This document shows positions 19,156 to 28,320 of a DNA stretch of 64,000 nt, piece after piece. The DNA is from Lentisphaeria bacterium (GTDB lineage Bacteria; Verrucomicrobiota; Lentisphaeria; Victivallales; UBA1829). The notes beneath the pieces are model-generated. The model did no database searches. It was not told the DNA's origin and saw only the letters and a list, made by a program, of their open reading frames with translations. The translations under genes and the position numbers were made by a program. The stretch spans positions 183 through 64,182 of the forward strand of contig JAFSZN010000050.1 of assembly GCA_017455665.1 (NCBI GenBank). Direction: 5' to 3'. Positions within the stretch are counted from its first letter, which is position 1. Every line of letters starts with the position of its first letter.

Positions 19156-20235
19156 ATGACGAAGATGAAAAGAAGAACAGCCGGGAGCTACGGGAGCTAC
19201 GGGATCAAGACCGTGGAAGCCCGCCGTTCCCATACAGGGCTGTACCGTTTTTTCGCCGTTCTGCTGTTTCTGATCATTTGCGGCGCCATCGTGCTGGCGA
19301 TCAAGTCGCATGCCGACAGCCGCGGGTCCATCCCGCCCGACGTGAAGCCTCTGCCGGACAACGATGCGACGACGCTGACCTTCGCGGATGAACGCGCCAT
19401 CGAAGACATTTCGGCGACGAACGCGGCGATCCGGGATTACCGCGCCCGGGACAACGATTCGTCCGAACAGGCTTTCGATCTCCGGGAATTCGAACGGCAG
19501 CGCCTGAAACAGCAGCGCAAACTCTACGACGATGCGCTTCAGGCGTTCAATGAACGCAAGTTCGAGAAATGCCGCACGATCCTGCGCGACATGCTCGTGC
19601 CGATGGATCCCGCCGATTCTCTGTACGAACCGGCGGCGAGCCTGCTCGGACGCGCCAGCATGAACATCTATCGCAGCGGGACCGACTCGGAAACGAACGT
19701 CGACTACACGGTGAAGAGCGGCGACACGCTTTCCAAGATCGCCCTGAACTACAACACGTCGGTTTCCGCGATCCAGAAGGCGAACGGCATGACCACGACG
19801 CGGCTGAACATCGGGCAGAAGCTCAAGATCCCGCAGAGCGTGTGGTCCATCGAAATCCGCCGCTCCGACAACAAGTTGCTCCTCAAGACCAACAACAAGC
19901 TTTTCAAGATATACAACGTCTACCCCGGCTCCGCCATCACGCAGGCGGTCTCCGGTTCCTTCCGCATCTTTTCCAAGCAGAAAGACCCGGTCTGGCGCGT
20001 GGACGGACAGACGTATCAGCCCGGTTCCGCCGGAAACATCATCGGGCCCCGCTGGATGGCGCTGAAGGGCACAGGCGCCAGCGCCAACGCCGCGGGCACC
20101 GCCATTCACGGCACAAACCGCTCCGGCACGCCCGACAGCGCGCCCGGCGCACCCGGCTACTTCAGGATGTCGAACGACGACGTCAAAGAACTGTACGACC
20201 TCGTCCCGTGCGAAACGATCGTGGAGATCAAGTGA
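19156..20235 (+). CDS. Membrane-anchored LysM + YkuD (L,D-transpeptidase)-like protein, catalytic Cys apparently replaced
   Basis: ATG at 19156 lies 6 nt after GGAG. TM helix LYRFFAVLLFLIICGAIVLAI; LysM (YTVKSGDTLSKIALNYNTSVSAIQKANGM). YkuD-like C-terminus with IHGT but GYFRM where SxGCxR is expected. Confidence 0.75.
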   Translation: MTKMKRRTAGSYGSYGIKTVEARRSHTGLYRFFAVLLFLIICGAIVLAIKSHADSRGSIPPDVKPLPDNDATTLTFADERAIEDISATNAAIRDYRARDNDSSEQAFDLREFERQRLKQQRKLYDDALQAFNERKFEKCRTILRDMLVPMDPADSLYEPAASLLGRASMNIYRSGTDSETNVDYTVKSGDTLSKIALNYNTSVSAIQKANGMTTTRLNIGQKLKIPQSVWSIEIRRSDNKLLLKTNNKLFKIYNVYPGSAITQAVSGSFRIFSKQKDPVWRVDGQTYQPGSAGNIIGPRWMALKGTGASANAAGTAIHGTNRSGTPDSAPGAPGYFRMSNDDVKELYDLVPCETIVEIK

Positions 20236-20280
20236 TCCGTCCGCCGGACGTATGGCCGAACCAATAAGGAACAAAATCCA

Positions 20281-21246
20281 ATGTCCATTGCAGTCCTGGA
20301 ATTTGAAAAACCCCTTGCCGAACTGGAAGACCGCATTGACGCCCTCATGCGCATGGATGCCGTCGGCTCGGGAGACCATTCCAAAGAACTCCGGTCCCTG
20401 CGCAGAAAGCTGACCGCGTCAAAAAAGGCGATTTACAACAAGCTCACCCCTTGGCAGCGCGTCCAGCTCGCCAGACATCCTTTCCGCCCGTACACACTTG
20501 ACTACATCGCCCGCATCTGCACCGATTTCATGGAATTCCACGGCGACCGCAGGTTCGCCGACGATCCCGCCATCGTGGGCGGATTCGCCCGCATCGACGG
20601 CGTCCCCGTGATGATGATCGGCACGCAGAAGGGCCGCAACGTGAAGGAGAACGTATTCCGCAACTTCGGCTGCCCGAACCCGGAAGGATACCGCAAGGCG
20701 CTGCGCCTGATGAAGGTCGCGGAACTTGCCGGGCTTCCGATCGTGACGCTGATCGACACTCCCGGCGCATATCCCGGAGTCGGCGCTGAGGAACGCCACA
20801 TCGGCGAGGCGATCGCGGTCAATCTGCGCGAGATGTTCGGGCTAAAAGTCCCGGTGATCTCGTTCGTGATCGGCGAGGGCGGCAGCGGCGGCGCGCTCGG
20901 CCTCGGCGTGGCGAACAAGGTCTTCCTGCTCGAAAACGCGTATTACTCGATCATCACGCCCGAAGGCTGCGCCGCCATCCTCTGGAAGGATCGTGCCTAC
21001 TCGGAACAGGCCGCCGCGGCACTGAAGCTCACGGCGGACGAGCTGCTGAAGCTCGGCCTCATCGACGGCGTGATCCAGGAGCCGGTCGGCGGCGCGCATC
21101 ACAACTACGACAAGGCCGCGGCATACCTCAAGCTGGAGATCGTCAAACAGCTGGAAGAACTCTCCGGCATGTCTCCAGACGAACTGGTCGAACAGCGTTA
21201 CCGCCACTTCCGCGACGTCAAGTATTTCGGGGAGGCTGAAGCCTGA
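20281..21246 (+). CDS. accA: Acetyl-CoA carboxylase carboxyltransferase subunit alpha
   Basis: 321 aa with LEFEKPLAELE, DTPGAYPGVGAEERH and GEGGSGGAL. Confidence 0.92.
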   Translation: MSIAVLEFEKPLAELEDRIDALMRMDAVGSGDHSKELRSLRRKLTASKKAIYNKLTPWQRVQLARHPFRPYTLDYIARICTDFMEFHGDRRFADDPAIVGGFARIDGVPVMMIGTQKGRNVKENVFRNFGCPNPEGYRKALRLMKVAELAGLPIVTLIDTPGAYPGVGAEERHIGEAIAVNLREMFGLKVPVISFVIGEGGSGGALGLGVANKVFLLENAYYSIITPEGCAAILWKDRAYSEQAAAALKLTADELLKLGLIDGVIQEPVGGAHHNYDKAAAYLKLEIVKQLEELSGMSPDELVEQRYRHFRDVKYFGEAEA

Positions 21247-21247
21247 C

Positions 21248-21766
21248 ATGGCGGAACAGTCGCCATGCTCCGGCGCGCTGGTCCGTCCGGCACGAATCGA
21301 GGACGCGCCCGCGATCTATGCCCTGCTGGCGACGTTCTCCACCGAGGGCAAGCTTCTGCCGCGTCCCGTGGCGGACATCCAGGCGCGCATCGCGAATTTC
21401 ATCGTGGCGGAGCTGAACGGATCGGCGGCGGCATGCGGCGCGCTCCGCGACTTCGGAAACAACCTCAACGAGATCCGGTCCCTCGCCGTGCGCCGCGACC
21501 TGGCGGGGCAGGGGATCGGTTCGCGCATGGTGAAGGCGCTGCTGGCAAAAGCCATGGAACGCACCGGCGGCGAACACGGACACGTTTTTGCGCTCACGTA
21601 CCGGGTGGCGTTTTTCCAGCGCCTCGGATTCCGCATCATCGACAAATACACGTTCCCGCCGAAGATCTGGAGCGACTGCTGCGTCTGCCCGAAGAAAGAC
21701 CATTGCGACGAGACCGCCGTGGTGATCGACATCCCCGTCCCCGATGAACTCTTGAAGGAAGATTGA
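21248..21766 (+). CDS. GNAT-family N-acetyltransferase (amino-acid acetyltransferase-like)
   Basis: 172 aa with acetyl-CoA-binding motif RRDLAGQGIGSRMVKALL. Confidence 0.75.
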   Translation: MAEQSPCSGALVRPARIEDAPAIYALLATFSTEGKLLPRPVADIQARIANFIVAELNGSAAACGALRDFGNNLNEIRSLAVRRDLAGQGIGSRMVKALLAKAMERTGGEHGHVFALTYRVAFFQRLGFRIIDKYTFPPKIWSDCCVCPKKDHCDETAVVIDIPVPDELLKED

Positions 21767-21770
21767 CCCT

Positions 21771-22610
21771 ATGCCAGTGAAATGCCGCACCAAGAACTAT
21801 GACAACCGTCCGATCGGGCTCTTCGATTCCGGGCTCGGCGGCCTCACCGTCGTCCGTGCTGTCCGCGAGGCGCTTCCCGGCGAGGATGTGATCTACCTCG
21901 GCGACACCGCGCGCGTGCCGTACGGAAACCGTTCGCCGGAGACGGTCGAGCTGTTCGCGCGGCAGGACCTGGCGTTTCTGGAGAGATTCGGCATCAAGGC
22001 GGCTGTCGCCGCATGCAATACAGTGTCCGCGCTCGCCCTGCCGAACATCCTGCCGGAGAAACGCAGTTTTCCGCTCGGCGGCGTGATCCTGGCGGGCGTG
22101 GAGGCAGTGCTTGCTTCCGGGCGGCGCAAAGTCGCCGTGCTCGGCACACGCGGGACCATCGCCAGCGGCGCGTACGAACACGCCCTGCTTGCCGCCGATC
22201 CGCGACTGGTCGTGCGGAGCATCGCGTGTCCGCTCTTCGTGCCGGTGATCGAGGAAGGCGTGACCAACGGTGCGATCGTGCGCGAGATATTCGACCTCTA
22301 TCTGGCGCAGCTGCTCCGCGATCCGCCGGACGTCGTCCTGCTCGGCTGCACCCATTATCCGCTGTTCCGGCCCGCGCTCAGCCAGTATCTCCCGAAAGGC
22401 ACGCTGATCCTCGACAGCGCGGCGGCCGCGGCGGACTATTTGTGCCGTCTGCTGAAGGAAAAAAGCTTGTGCGCGGAACCCGGGAGGAAGGGGAGCGCGC
22501 AGTATTATGTGACCGACCGGACGCCCGGCTTCGAGCGCCTCGCGCGGCGTTTTCTGGATGCCGGAGACGGCGAGGTGATCGACATTCACCTGGCGGACGT
22601 CGTCAACTGA
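21771..22610 (+). CDS. murI: Glutamate racemase
   Basis: FDSGLGGLTV plus the two catalytic Cys contexts AACNT and GCTHYP. Confidence 0.9.
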   Translation: MPVKCRTKNYDNRPIGLFDSGLGGLTVVRAVREALPGEDVIYLGDTARVPYGNRSPETVELFARQDLAFLERFGIKAAVAACNTVSALALPNILPEKRSFPLGGVILAGVEAVLASGRRKVAVLGTRGTIASGAYEHALLAADPRLVVRSIACPLFVPVIEEGVTNGAIVREIFDLYLAQLLRDPPDVVLLGCTHYPLFRPALSQYLPKGTLILDSAAAAADYLCRLLKEKSLCAEPGRKGSAQYYVTDRTPGFERLARRFLDAGDGEVIDIHLADVVN

Positions 22611-22652
22611 CAGGAACGGCTGCCCCCTCTTTCTTGAGGGCGGGAGCGGAAG

Positions 22653-24383
22653 TCAATCCCGCCCCGCCGTCCCGTCATCGGCTTCACCCTCGGACGCCGA
22701 TGCTTTTCTGTGCAGTCTCCACACGATGATGCCGTTTTTCTGCGCCACGATGTCGGCGTCGGCGAATCCCAGCACCGCCCGGATCTCCTTCGGCGCCATC
22801 CGGTTCGTGCCGGTGATGAAGTAGAACGGGACGCGTTCATTTTTCTTCATGAGGTCTTCCAGGAAAGCCGGATCGTCGGAGAGCGCGTAGGGAAACGGCA
22901 GATAGCATCCGGGCTGGGAGAGCAGGCCCGGCGCGAGATTGTCGAACGCGTCGCGAGGCGGCGGATCGCAGACTTTCACCTTCCGCGGCGCGGCGATCTT
23001 GTCGGCGTATTCGTGGATGCGGTTGACCGGGATGACCTTGCGGTCTGTGCCGTGCAGGAAGAACTTGTCGGCGATCGCCGGATTGAACATGGAGAGGAGA
23101 ACCGCGTTTCCGGGGAGGATCGAGCCGAGATATTCCAGTTTCGCGCGGTCGTCCGGGATCCCGCGGATCGCCTTGTGGTAGTCGTTCAGGTTGCGCAGTG
23201 CGACACATTGCAGGATGATCGCCGCGCCCGCGAGAATCCAGCACGCCGTCTGGCGTTTCTTCAGGATCATCCGGAGCAGAAGCGCGGCGGCGGACGCGGC
23301 GGGCGGCAGGACCATGACCAGGATCGGCAGATACATGCGTTTGTCATAGAAGAAATAGACGATGTATAGGACGAAGATGATCGCGCTCTGGAGCAGGGCG
23401 AACGCCATGGACGCCTCCCACGCGGTCCACTTCGGGAGGCTCCGCAGCTTTTCCCCGCGTGCCGTGCGAGAGGCGCGGAACCATGCGGCGCAGACCGCCA
23501 GCAGCGCCATCGTCAGCCAGAAGCCTTTCTCCCGGACCAGACGCGGCAGATATTCCATGGCGTAGCGCGGATGGAATGTCAGGGGCATGAAGTCATACGG
23601 CACGGGACACCAGAAATGATACCCCGTGCGGAACGGCGACCCGAAGACCGCCCAGTTGAAGATGTTGGACGCGAGCAGGACCAGGGCGGTCGGGAACGCG
23701 GCGAGGAACCACAGCAGGAAGCGTTTTTTCCAGTCTTTTTCGCGCATAAAGATCAAAAGGAAGGGCAGGGCGAGCATCGGATACGCAGAGGAACGCACCG
23801 ATCCGCCGAGCGCGATCAGGACGCCGCACCAGATCAGGGAGACCTTGTCGACGCCCGGATGGACCGCGAGCCGCGTCCACAGGATCATCGCCCATACGCA
23901 GAACAGCAGATACGGGACTTCGGTCATCGCGTATCCGGTCAGCGCGATGAAGAACGAACTGAGCAGCAGCACGGGGAACGTCAGGAGTCCGGCAAGTCCG
24001 CCGAACGCCAGGTCGCGCGCGCCTGCAGGTCCGGGACGCACCGTGGTCTGGCGGGCAGACAGGAACATGAGGGAGGCAAGCCCGGCCGCCGCGAGCCAGG
24101 AACCGTAGACCGCGCCGTAGACATCCCCGGAGAGAGCCTGGAACGGAGCAAGGAAGAGCAGGGGAAACCACGGCAGGTAGCGCGACGGATGCAGGACGCC
24201 GTTCAAATAGAACCCGTATTTACCCTCACGCAGAAAATTGTCGGCGCAGAAGGCGTTTTCGAGCGCATCCGGGATCACGAGCCAGCATGTGCCGAATTTC
24301 GCGGGGACATAAAGTCCAAAAATGTCCAGAGCTAGGACCAAAGCGGCGACAATGAAGACGGTACGCTGGAATTTCTGGCTCAT
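22653..24383 (-). CDS. Polytopic membrane glycosyltransferase (GT-C fold, ArnT/PMT-like) with soluble C-terminal domain
   Basis: 576 aa with about 10 or more predicted TM helices in the first ~400 aa. Overall layout resembles GT39/GT83 enzymes. Assignment is by architecture only. Confidence 0.55.
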   Translation of the reverse strand: MSQKFQRTVFIVAALVLALDIFGLYVPAKFGTCWLVIPDALENAFCADNFLREGKYGFYLNGVLHPSRYLPWFPLLFLAPFQALSGDVYGAVYGSWLAAAGLASLMFLSARQTTVRPGPAGARDLAFGGLAGLLTFPVLLLSSFFIALTGYAMTEVPYLLFCVWAMILWTRLAVHPGVDKVSLIWCGVLIALGGSVRSSAYPMLALPFLLIFMREKDWKKRFLLWFLAAFPTALVLLASNIFNWAVFGSPFRTGYHFWCPVPYDFMPLTFHPRYAMEYLPRLVREKGFWLTMALLAVCAAWFRASRTARGEKLRSLPKWTAWEASMAFALLQSAIIFVLYIVYFFYDKRMYLPILVMVLPPAASAAALLLRMILKKRQTACWILAGAAIILQCVALRNLNDYHKAIRGIPDDRAKLEYLGSILPGNAVLLSMFNPAIADKFFLHGTDRKVIPVNRIHEYADKIAAPRKVKVCDPPPRDAFDNLAPGLLSQPGCYLPFPYALSDDPAFLEDLMKKNERVPFYFITGTNRMAPKEIRAVLGFADADIVAQKNGIIVWRLHRKASASEGEADDGTAGRD

Positions 24384-24596
24384 TTTATCTGAAGTCTTCT
24401 GATTTCGAATGTGTTATTACGTTTTACCCGCAAACGGTTCCGTACGGATCACGGATTCCAATATATCACGTTTGAACAAAAAAGCAAACATTCTTTTGAT
24501 TTTTTCAGAAAATGATACAATAAAAGCGTTCCGGGCAGCGTTAAATATCTTGAAAAAGCTCAAATTATACCCAGACGCCCAACCCAGGAGACCACG

Positions 24597-25241
24597 ATGA
24601 AAAAATCATCTTCTTCGAATCCGCAAAAAAACAGCCCTCTGTACAACTTCGTCTTCATCCTTGTTCTGCTTTTCACGGCACTGCCGTTTATTCTTTTTGC
24701 CCTGCTGCAATTCGCGCCTCCTTCGTTCGGATCCTCCAAGAAAACGATCGCGGCTGTTGACAATTCGTCGAAACGCATGACGCTGGAAGAACGCCGCGCC
24801 GCGCGGGAAGAAGCCCGCAAGGCAAGCGAGGCGGCTGCGCTCGCACAGAGAAATGCTGCGTCCGCTCCGATCATGACGACCACGACCGTCACCGGTCCCG
24901 GCATGGGAATGGGACCCGGCATGGGAATGGGACCCGGCATGGACTTCGGCCCCGGCGGCATGGGCGGTTTCGGCGGTCCCGGCATGGGTCCCGGCATGGA
25001 TTTCGGTCCCGGCGGCATGGGCGGCTTCGGCGGTCCCGGCATGGGCGGCATGGACTTCGGTCCCGGCGGCATGGGCGGCTTCGGCGGCGGCATGGGCGGC
25101 TTTGGCGGCGGTATGGGCGGCTTCGGCGGCGGCATGGGCGGCTTTGGCGGCGGTATGGGCGGCTTTGGCGGCGGCATGGGCGGCTTTGGCGGCGGTATGG
25201 GCGGCTTCGGCGGCGGCATGGGCGGCTTCGGCGGTTTCTGA
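24597..25241 (+). CDS. Membrane-anchored Gly/Met/Phe-rich low-complexity repeat protein (hypothetical)
   Basis: AGGAG lies 7 nt upstream of the ATG. TM helix FVFILVLLFTALPFILFALL and a charged helix (EERRAAREEARKASEAAALAQR). This is followed by about 110 aa of (GPGMGM)n, (DFGPGGMGGFGGPGMG)n and 8x GGMGGFGG. A terminator follows at 25270. The antisense Pro-rich ORFs were rejected. Confidence 0.7.
   Translation: MKKSSSSNPQKNSPLYNFVFILVLLFTALPFILFALLQFAPPSFGSSKKTIAAVDNSSKRMTLEERRAAREEARKASEAAALAQRNAASAPIMTTTTVTGPGMGMGPGMGMGPGMDFGPGGMGGFGGPGMGPGMDFGPGGMGGFGGPGMGGMDFGPGGMGGFGGGMGGFGGGMGGFGGGMGGFGGGMGGFGGGMGGFGGGMGGFGGGMGGFGGF
24895..25238 (+). repeat. Short-period coding tandem repeats (24-nt GGCGGCATGGGCGGCTTYGGC units and variants)
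   Basis: The unit ggcggc(a/g)t(a)tgggcggctt(c/t)ggc is reiterated head-to-tail from ~25066 to 25238. It is preceded by ggacccggcatgggaatg and ggtcccggcggcatgggcgg(c/t)ttcggc units. Confidence 0.85.
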
Positions 25242-25269
25242 TTCGTCCGTTACACAAAACGAAATAATC

Positions 25270-25306
25270 AAACGGTCATTTCTTTTCGGATTTGACCGTT
25301 TTTTTA
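25270..25306 (+). terminator. Rho-independent terminator
   Basis: AAACGGTC/GACCGTTT stem followed by TTTTTATT. Confidence 0.6.
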
Positions 25307-25423
25307 TTGGTTTTGGATTTGTAAACGCACGCATGTGATGTTATATTGATTCTGTCGCGCAAAAACCGGATCGTTCCGCCGGTATGCCCCCTCACAAATC
25401 CTTTTTAATCCAGGAGTGTCATC

Positions 25424-25915
25424 ATGAAGGTGTTGATCGCGGTCGTCATGTTCCTTTTCGGACTCTTTGTCGGGGTTCTCGTTGTTCCGATGTTCAAGGA
25501 GTTCTCCACTCCGTTTTATGCGGAGGAGGAGTATTCCACGCCCCGGATCAAAACGCTCCTGAACGAATTCGGCGTCATTCTCCCCGTTGAGGCGACTGAC
25601 ATCAATCTTTTCCTGCAGCGTAAGGGCGAAGTCCAAAGGGTCTGGGTCAAATTCGACTGCCCGCCAGAAGCGAAAGAGGCGTTTGTCGGCAAACTGAATT
25701 CCATGCATTCCGGATTGTTCAACCAGATCATCGAATCCCCGAAGATGATCGACGGAACCCCGATCATCTGGTGGACCTACAGCAATTCATTCCATTATTA
25801 CGAATTCAAGGATATGTGCGTGGCTTATGACGAACTGATGCACAGGCTGTATCTCTATGCCGTCTCCGGGGATGTCGAGCCGCAGCCTCCCGCGCATCCG
25901 GAGGAGGATGAATAA
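25424..25915 (+). CDS. Hypothetical membrane-anchored protein
   Basis: 163 aa with N-terminal TM MKVLIAVVMFLFGLFVGVLVVPMF and an acidic Pro-rich tail EPQPPAHPEEDE. No family recognised. Confidence 0.55.
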   Translation: MKVLIAVVMFLFGLFVGVLVVPMFKEFSTPFYAEEEYSTPRIKTLLNEFGVILPVEATDINLFLQRKGEVQRVWVKFDCPPEAKEAFVGKLNSMHSGLFNQIIESPKMIDGTPIIWWTYSNSFHYYEFKDMCVAYDELMHRLYLYAVSGDVEPQPPAHPEEDE

Positions 25916-26131
25916 AACCGGCATGCGGAGAAAAAACGCCAGTCATGCGAAACAGCGTTTCCCCGGATCCGCGACATGATCCACGGCGTTTCCGGAGCCG
26001 GAACCGGGAGAAAATGCGGAAAATGGGAAAAAAAACGGACTTTTTCGGAAACAGCGCTTGACAATACAGAGTTTTATGCTTAATTTCTGTATGCGATTTA
26101 ACTGAACCCTTTTCACAGAGGAACGCAAGAT

Positions 26132-26503
26132 ATGGACAAATACTACTCGAAAACCCACGAATGGGTCAAGACGGACGGAGAAGAAGCCATTGTCGGCATC
26201 TCCGAATATGCTGCGGCCGACCTCGGCGACATCACGTTTGTCGATCTGCCCAGGGAAGGAACGGATCTGATCTGCGGCGACAGCATCGGGACCATCGAAT
26301 CCGTGTCCGCATCCTCCGATGTCTATTCCCCCGTGAGCGGGACCGTTACCGCGGTCAACCACGCGCTTGACGACGATCCCGGCATCATCAGCACGAACGC
26401 CGAGGGGAAAGGCTGGCTGTACAAGCTCGACAACATCGACCCGACCGAGGTCGACGAGCTCATGTCGGAAGAAGAGTACGCCGAGTATCTGGAAACTCTG
26501 TGA
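26132..26503 (+). CDS. gcvH: Glycine-cleavage H-protein-like protein lacking the lipoyl-lysine
   Basis: 123 aa, colinear with GcvH (YSKTHEWVK..., GDITFVDLP, GWLYKL). The lipoylation motif reads ESVSASSDVYSP (codon TCC) instead of ESVKAASD. Confidence 0.85.
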   Translation: MDKYYSKTHEWVKTDGEEAIVGISEYAAADLGDITFVDLPREGTDLICGDSIGTIESVSASSDVYSPVSGTVTAVNHALDDDPGIISTNAEGKGWLYKLDNIDPTEVDELMSEEEYAEYLETL

Positions 26504-26512
26504 GGCGCCGCC

Positions 26513-27220
26513 ATGTCCGATCCCGACTTCAGAGACTTCACCGACTTTTCCGAACTTGTCGGCCTGAACGCGGAAGAGCCCTGGCGCATCTTCCGCATTA
26601 TGTCCGAATTCATCGACTCGTTCGAGACCATGGCAAAGCACAAACGCCTCGTCTCCGTCTTCGGGTCCGCACGCACGAAGCCCGATGATCCCGTCTACCA
26701 GGACTGTGTCCGCTTCGGCGAGCTTCTCACGGATCACGGCTACGGCGTCCTCACCGGCGGCGGCCCCGGCATCATGGAGGCCGCCAACCGCGGCGCGTGG
26801 AACAAGAACGGCGAATCCGTCGGGCTGAACATCAAGCTCCCGATGGAACAGCATCCGAATCCATACCAGAGCGAATCGCTGGATTTCCGCTATTTCTTTG
26901 TCCGCAAAGTCTGCTTCCTCAAGTATTCCGTCGCGATCGTCGTCTATCCCGGCGGCTTCGGCACGCTCGACGAGTTCTCCGAAGCCCTTACCCTCATCCA
27001 GACCAGCAAAGTCCGGAACGTCCCGCTCGTGGCGGTCGGGAAGGAATACTGGGGCCCGCTCTTCGACTGGTTCCGTTCCACCATGCTCCGCGACCGCATG
27101 ATCAACGAGGCGGACCTGGACCTCTTCTACGTCGCCGAAAACGCCGATGACGCATTCCGGTACATCAAGTCGGTCCACGACAGAAGCGGCGTCAAGACGA
27201 CAGTCCGGAAAGACATCTGA
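26513..27220 (+). CDS. LOG-family (TIGR00730) nucleotide 5'-monophosphate nucleosidase
   Basis: 235 aa with VFGSAR, TGGGPGIMEAANRGA and PGGFGTLDE. Confidence 0.85.
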   Translation: MSDPDFRDFTDFSELVGLNAEEPWRIFRIMSEFIDSFETMAKHKRLVSVFGSARTKPDDPVYQDCVRFGELLTDHGYGVLTGGGPGIMEAANRGAWNKNGESVGLNIKLPMEQHPNPYQSESLDFRYFFVRKVCFLKYSVAIVVYPGGFGTLDEFSEALTLIQTSKVRNVPLVAVGKEYWGPLFDWFRSTMLRDRMINEADLDLFYVAENADDAFRYIKSVHDRSGVKTTVRKDI

Positions 27221-27248
27221 CCCGATAGAAAGCATATCGGTCCTGCGA

Positions 27249-27296
27249 GGCGCGGCCTGCTTCGACGGCATGCCGCGCCGTTTCTTTTGTTTTTTT
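27249..27296 (+). terminator. Rho-independent terminator
   Basis: GGCGCGGC/GCCGCGCC stem followed by GTTTCTTTTGTTTTTTT. Confidence 0.7.
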
Positions 27297-27344
27297 CCCG
27301 ATGGCGGCTTGTTTTCCCGTGTTTCCGGTGTATATTAATATCAC

Positions 27345-27440
27345 ACCACGGGGTGCTGGGCTATGCGTCATCCGATGCGCGGCCCGGCTGAGATCATACC
27401 CGCACAACCTGATCCGGATAATGCCGGCGTAGGAAATCGA
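27345..27440 (+). promoter_or_regulatory. TPP (THI-box) riboswitch
   Basis: ACCACGGGGTGCTGGG...GGCTGAGATCATACCCGCACAACCTGATCCGGATAATGCCGGCGTAGGAA contains the conserved GGGGTGC, CTGAGA, ACCC and ACCTGATCCGGATAATGCCGGCG blocks. A CTTTCC/GGAAAG hairpin and a T-run follow; thi4 starts about 75 nt downstream. Confidence 0.85.
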
Positions 27441-27515
27441 CAGCGTCATCCTTTCCGATGGAAAGCCGCCCGCGTTTTCTGCGAAACCATCAACCCAACG
27501 AAAGGACAGACAGCC

Positions 27516-28316
27516 ATGTCGGACTCCTCCTCCCAGGTCATCGAAACGACCATCTCCCGCGCCATCGTCGAAAACTTCTCGGCGAAACTCCTCGACAACC
27601 TCACCGTCGACGTCGCCATCGTCGGCGCCGGCCCGTCCGCGCTCGTCGCGGCGCACTACCTCGCGAAAGCCGGCATCCGCACGGCCATCTTCGAACGCAA
27701 GCTCGCGCCCGGCGGCGGCACGTGGGGCGGCGGCATGCTCTTCAACGAAGTCGTCGTGCAGGACGCCTCGCTCGAGATCCTCGACGAATTCGGCATCAAA
27801 CACAAGCCCATCCCCGGCGCGCCCGGCTACAACACCCTCGATTCCGTCGAAATGGCGAGCGGCCTCATCTTCGGCGCGGTCAGCGCCGGCGCGAAGATAT
27901 TCAACGCCGTCAGCGTCGAGGACATCGTGTTCCGCGGCGAACAGGTCGGCGGCCTCGTCATCAACTGGACGCCCGTCGAACGCCTCGGCATGCACGTGGA
28001 TCCGCTGACCGTGATCTCGCAGTGCGTGCTGGACGGCACCGGCCACCCGAGCGAGATCATGCACCTCGCGGTCGAAAAGGCGCAGCTGAAGCTCGCCACC
28101 AGCACCGGCGGCATCCTCGGCGAAAAGCCCATGTGGGTCGACAGCGGCGAAGCATCCACCGTCGAAAACACCCGCGAATACTTCCCCGGACTCTTCGCCT
28201 GCGGCATGAGCGCGAACAACGTCATGGGCGGATACCGCATGGGCCCGATCTTCGGCGGCATGATGCTCTCCGGACGCAAGGCCGCGGACCTCATCCGCAA
28301 AAGACTCGGGAAGTGA
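27516..28316 (+). CDS. thi4: Thi4-family thiazole synthase (His-type, probably sulfide-dependent)
   Basis: Track ORF is over-extended through the riboswitch; the ATG at 27516 gives [18 protein letters not shown] motif [13 protein letters not shown] and [21 protein letters not shown] has His where I recall the yeast suicide Cys. Confidence 0.85.
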   Translation: MSDSSSQVIETTISRAIVENFSAKLLDNLTVDVAIVGAGPSALVAAHYLAKAGIRTAIFERKLAPGGGTWGGGMLFNEVVVQDASLEILDEFGIKHKPIPGAPGYNTLDSVEMASGLIFGAVSAGAKIFNAVSVEDIVFRGEQVGGLVINWTPVERLGMHVDPLTVISQCVLDGTGHPSEIMHLAVEKAQLKLATSTGGILGEKPMWVDSGEASTVENTREYFPGLFACGMSANNVMGGYRMGPIFGGMMLSGRKAADLIRKRLGK

Positions 28317-28320
28317 CCCG

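Noticed and set aside
24560-25334. Minus-strand ORFs opposite the Gly/Met/Phe gene: the PPKPPIPPPKPPMPPPK protein at 24560..25219, plus 24606..25334 and 24889..25257.
   Set aside because: They are mirror images of the GGN-rich repeats. The + strand ORF has an AGGAG site, a TM anchor, a non-repetitive N-terminal region and a downstream terminator. The minus ORFs have none of these.
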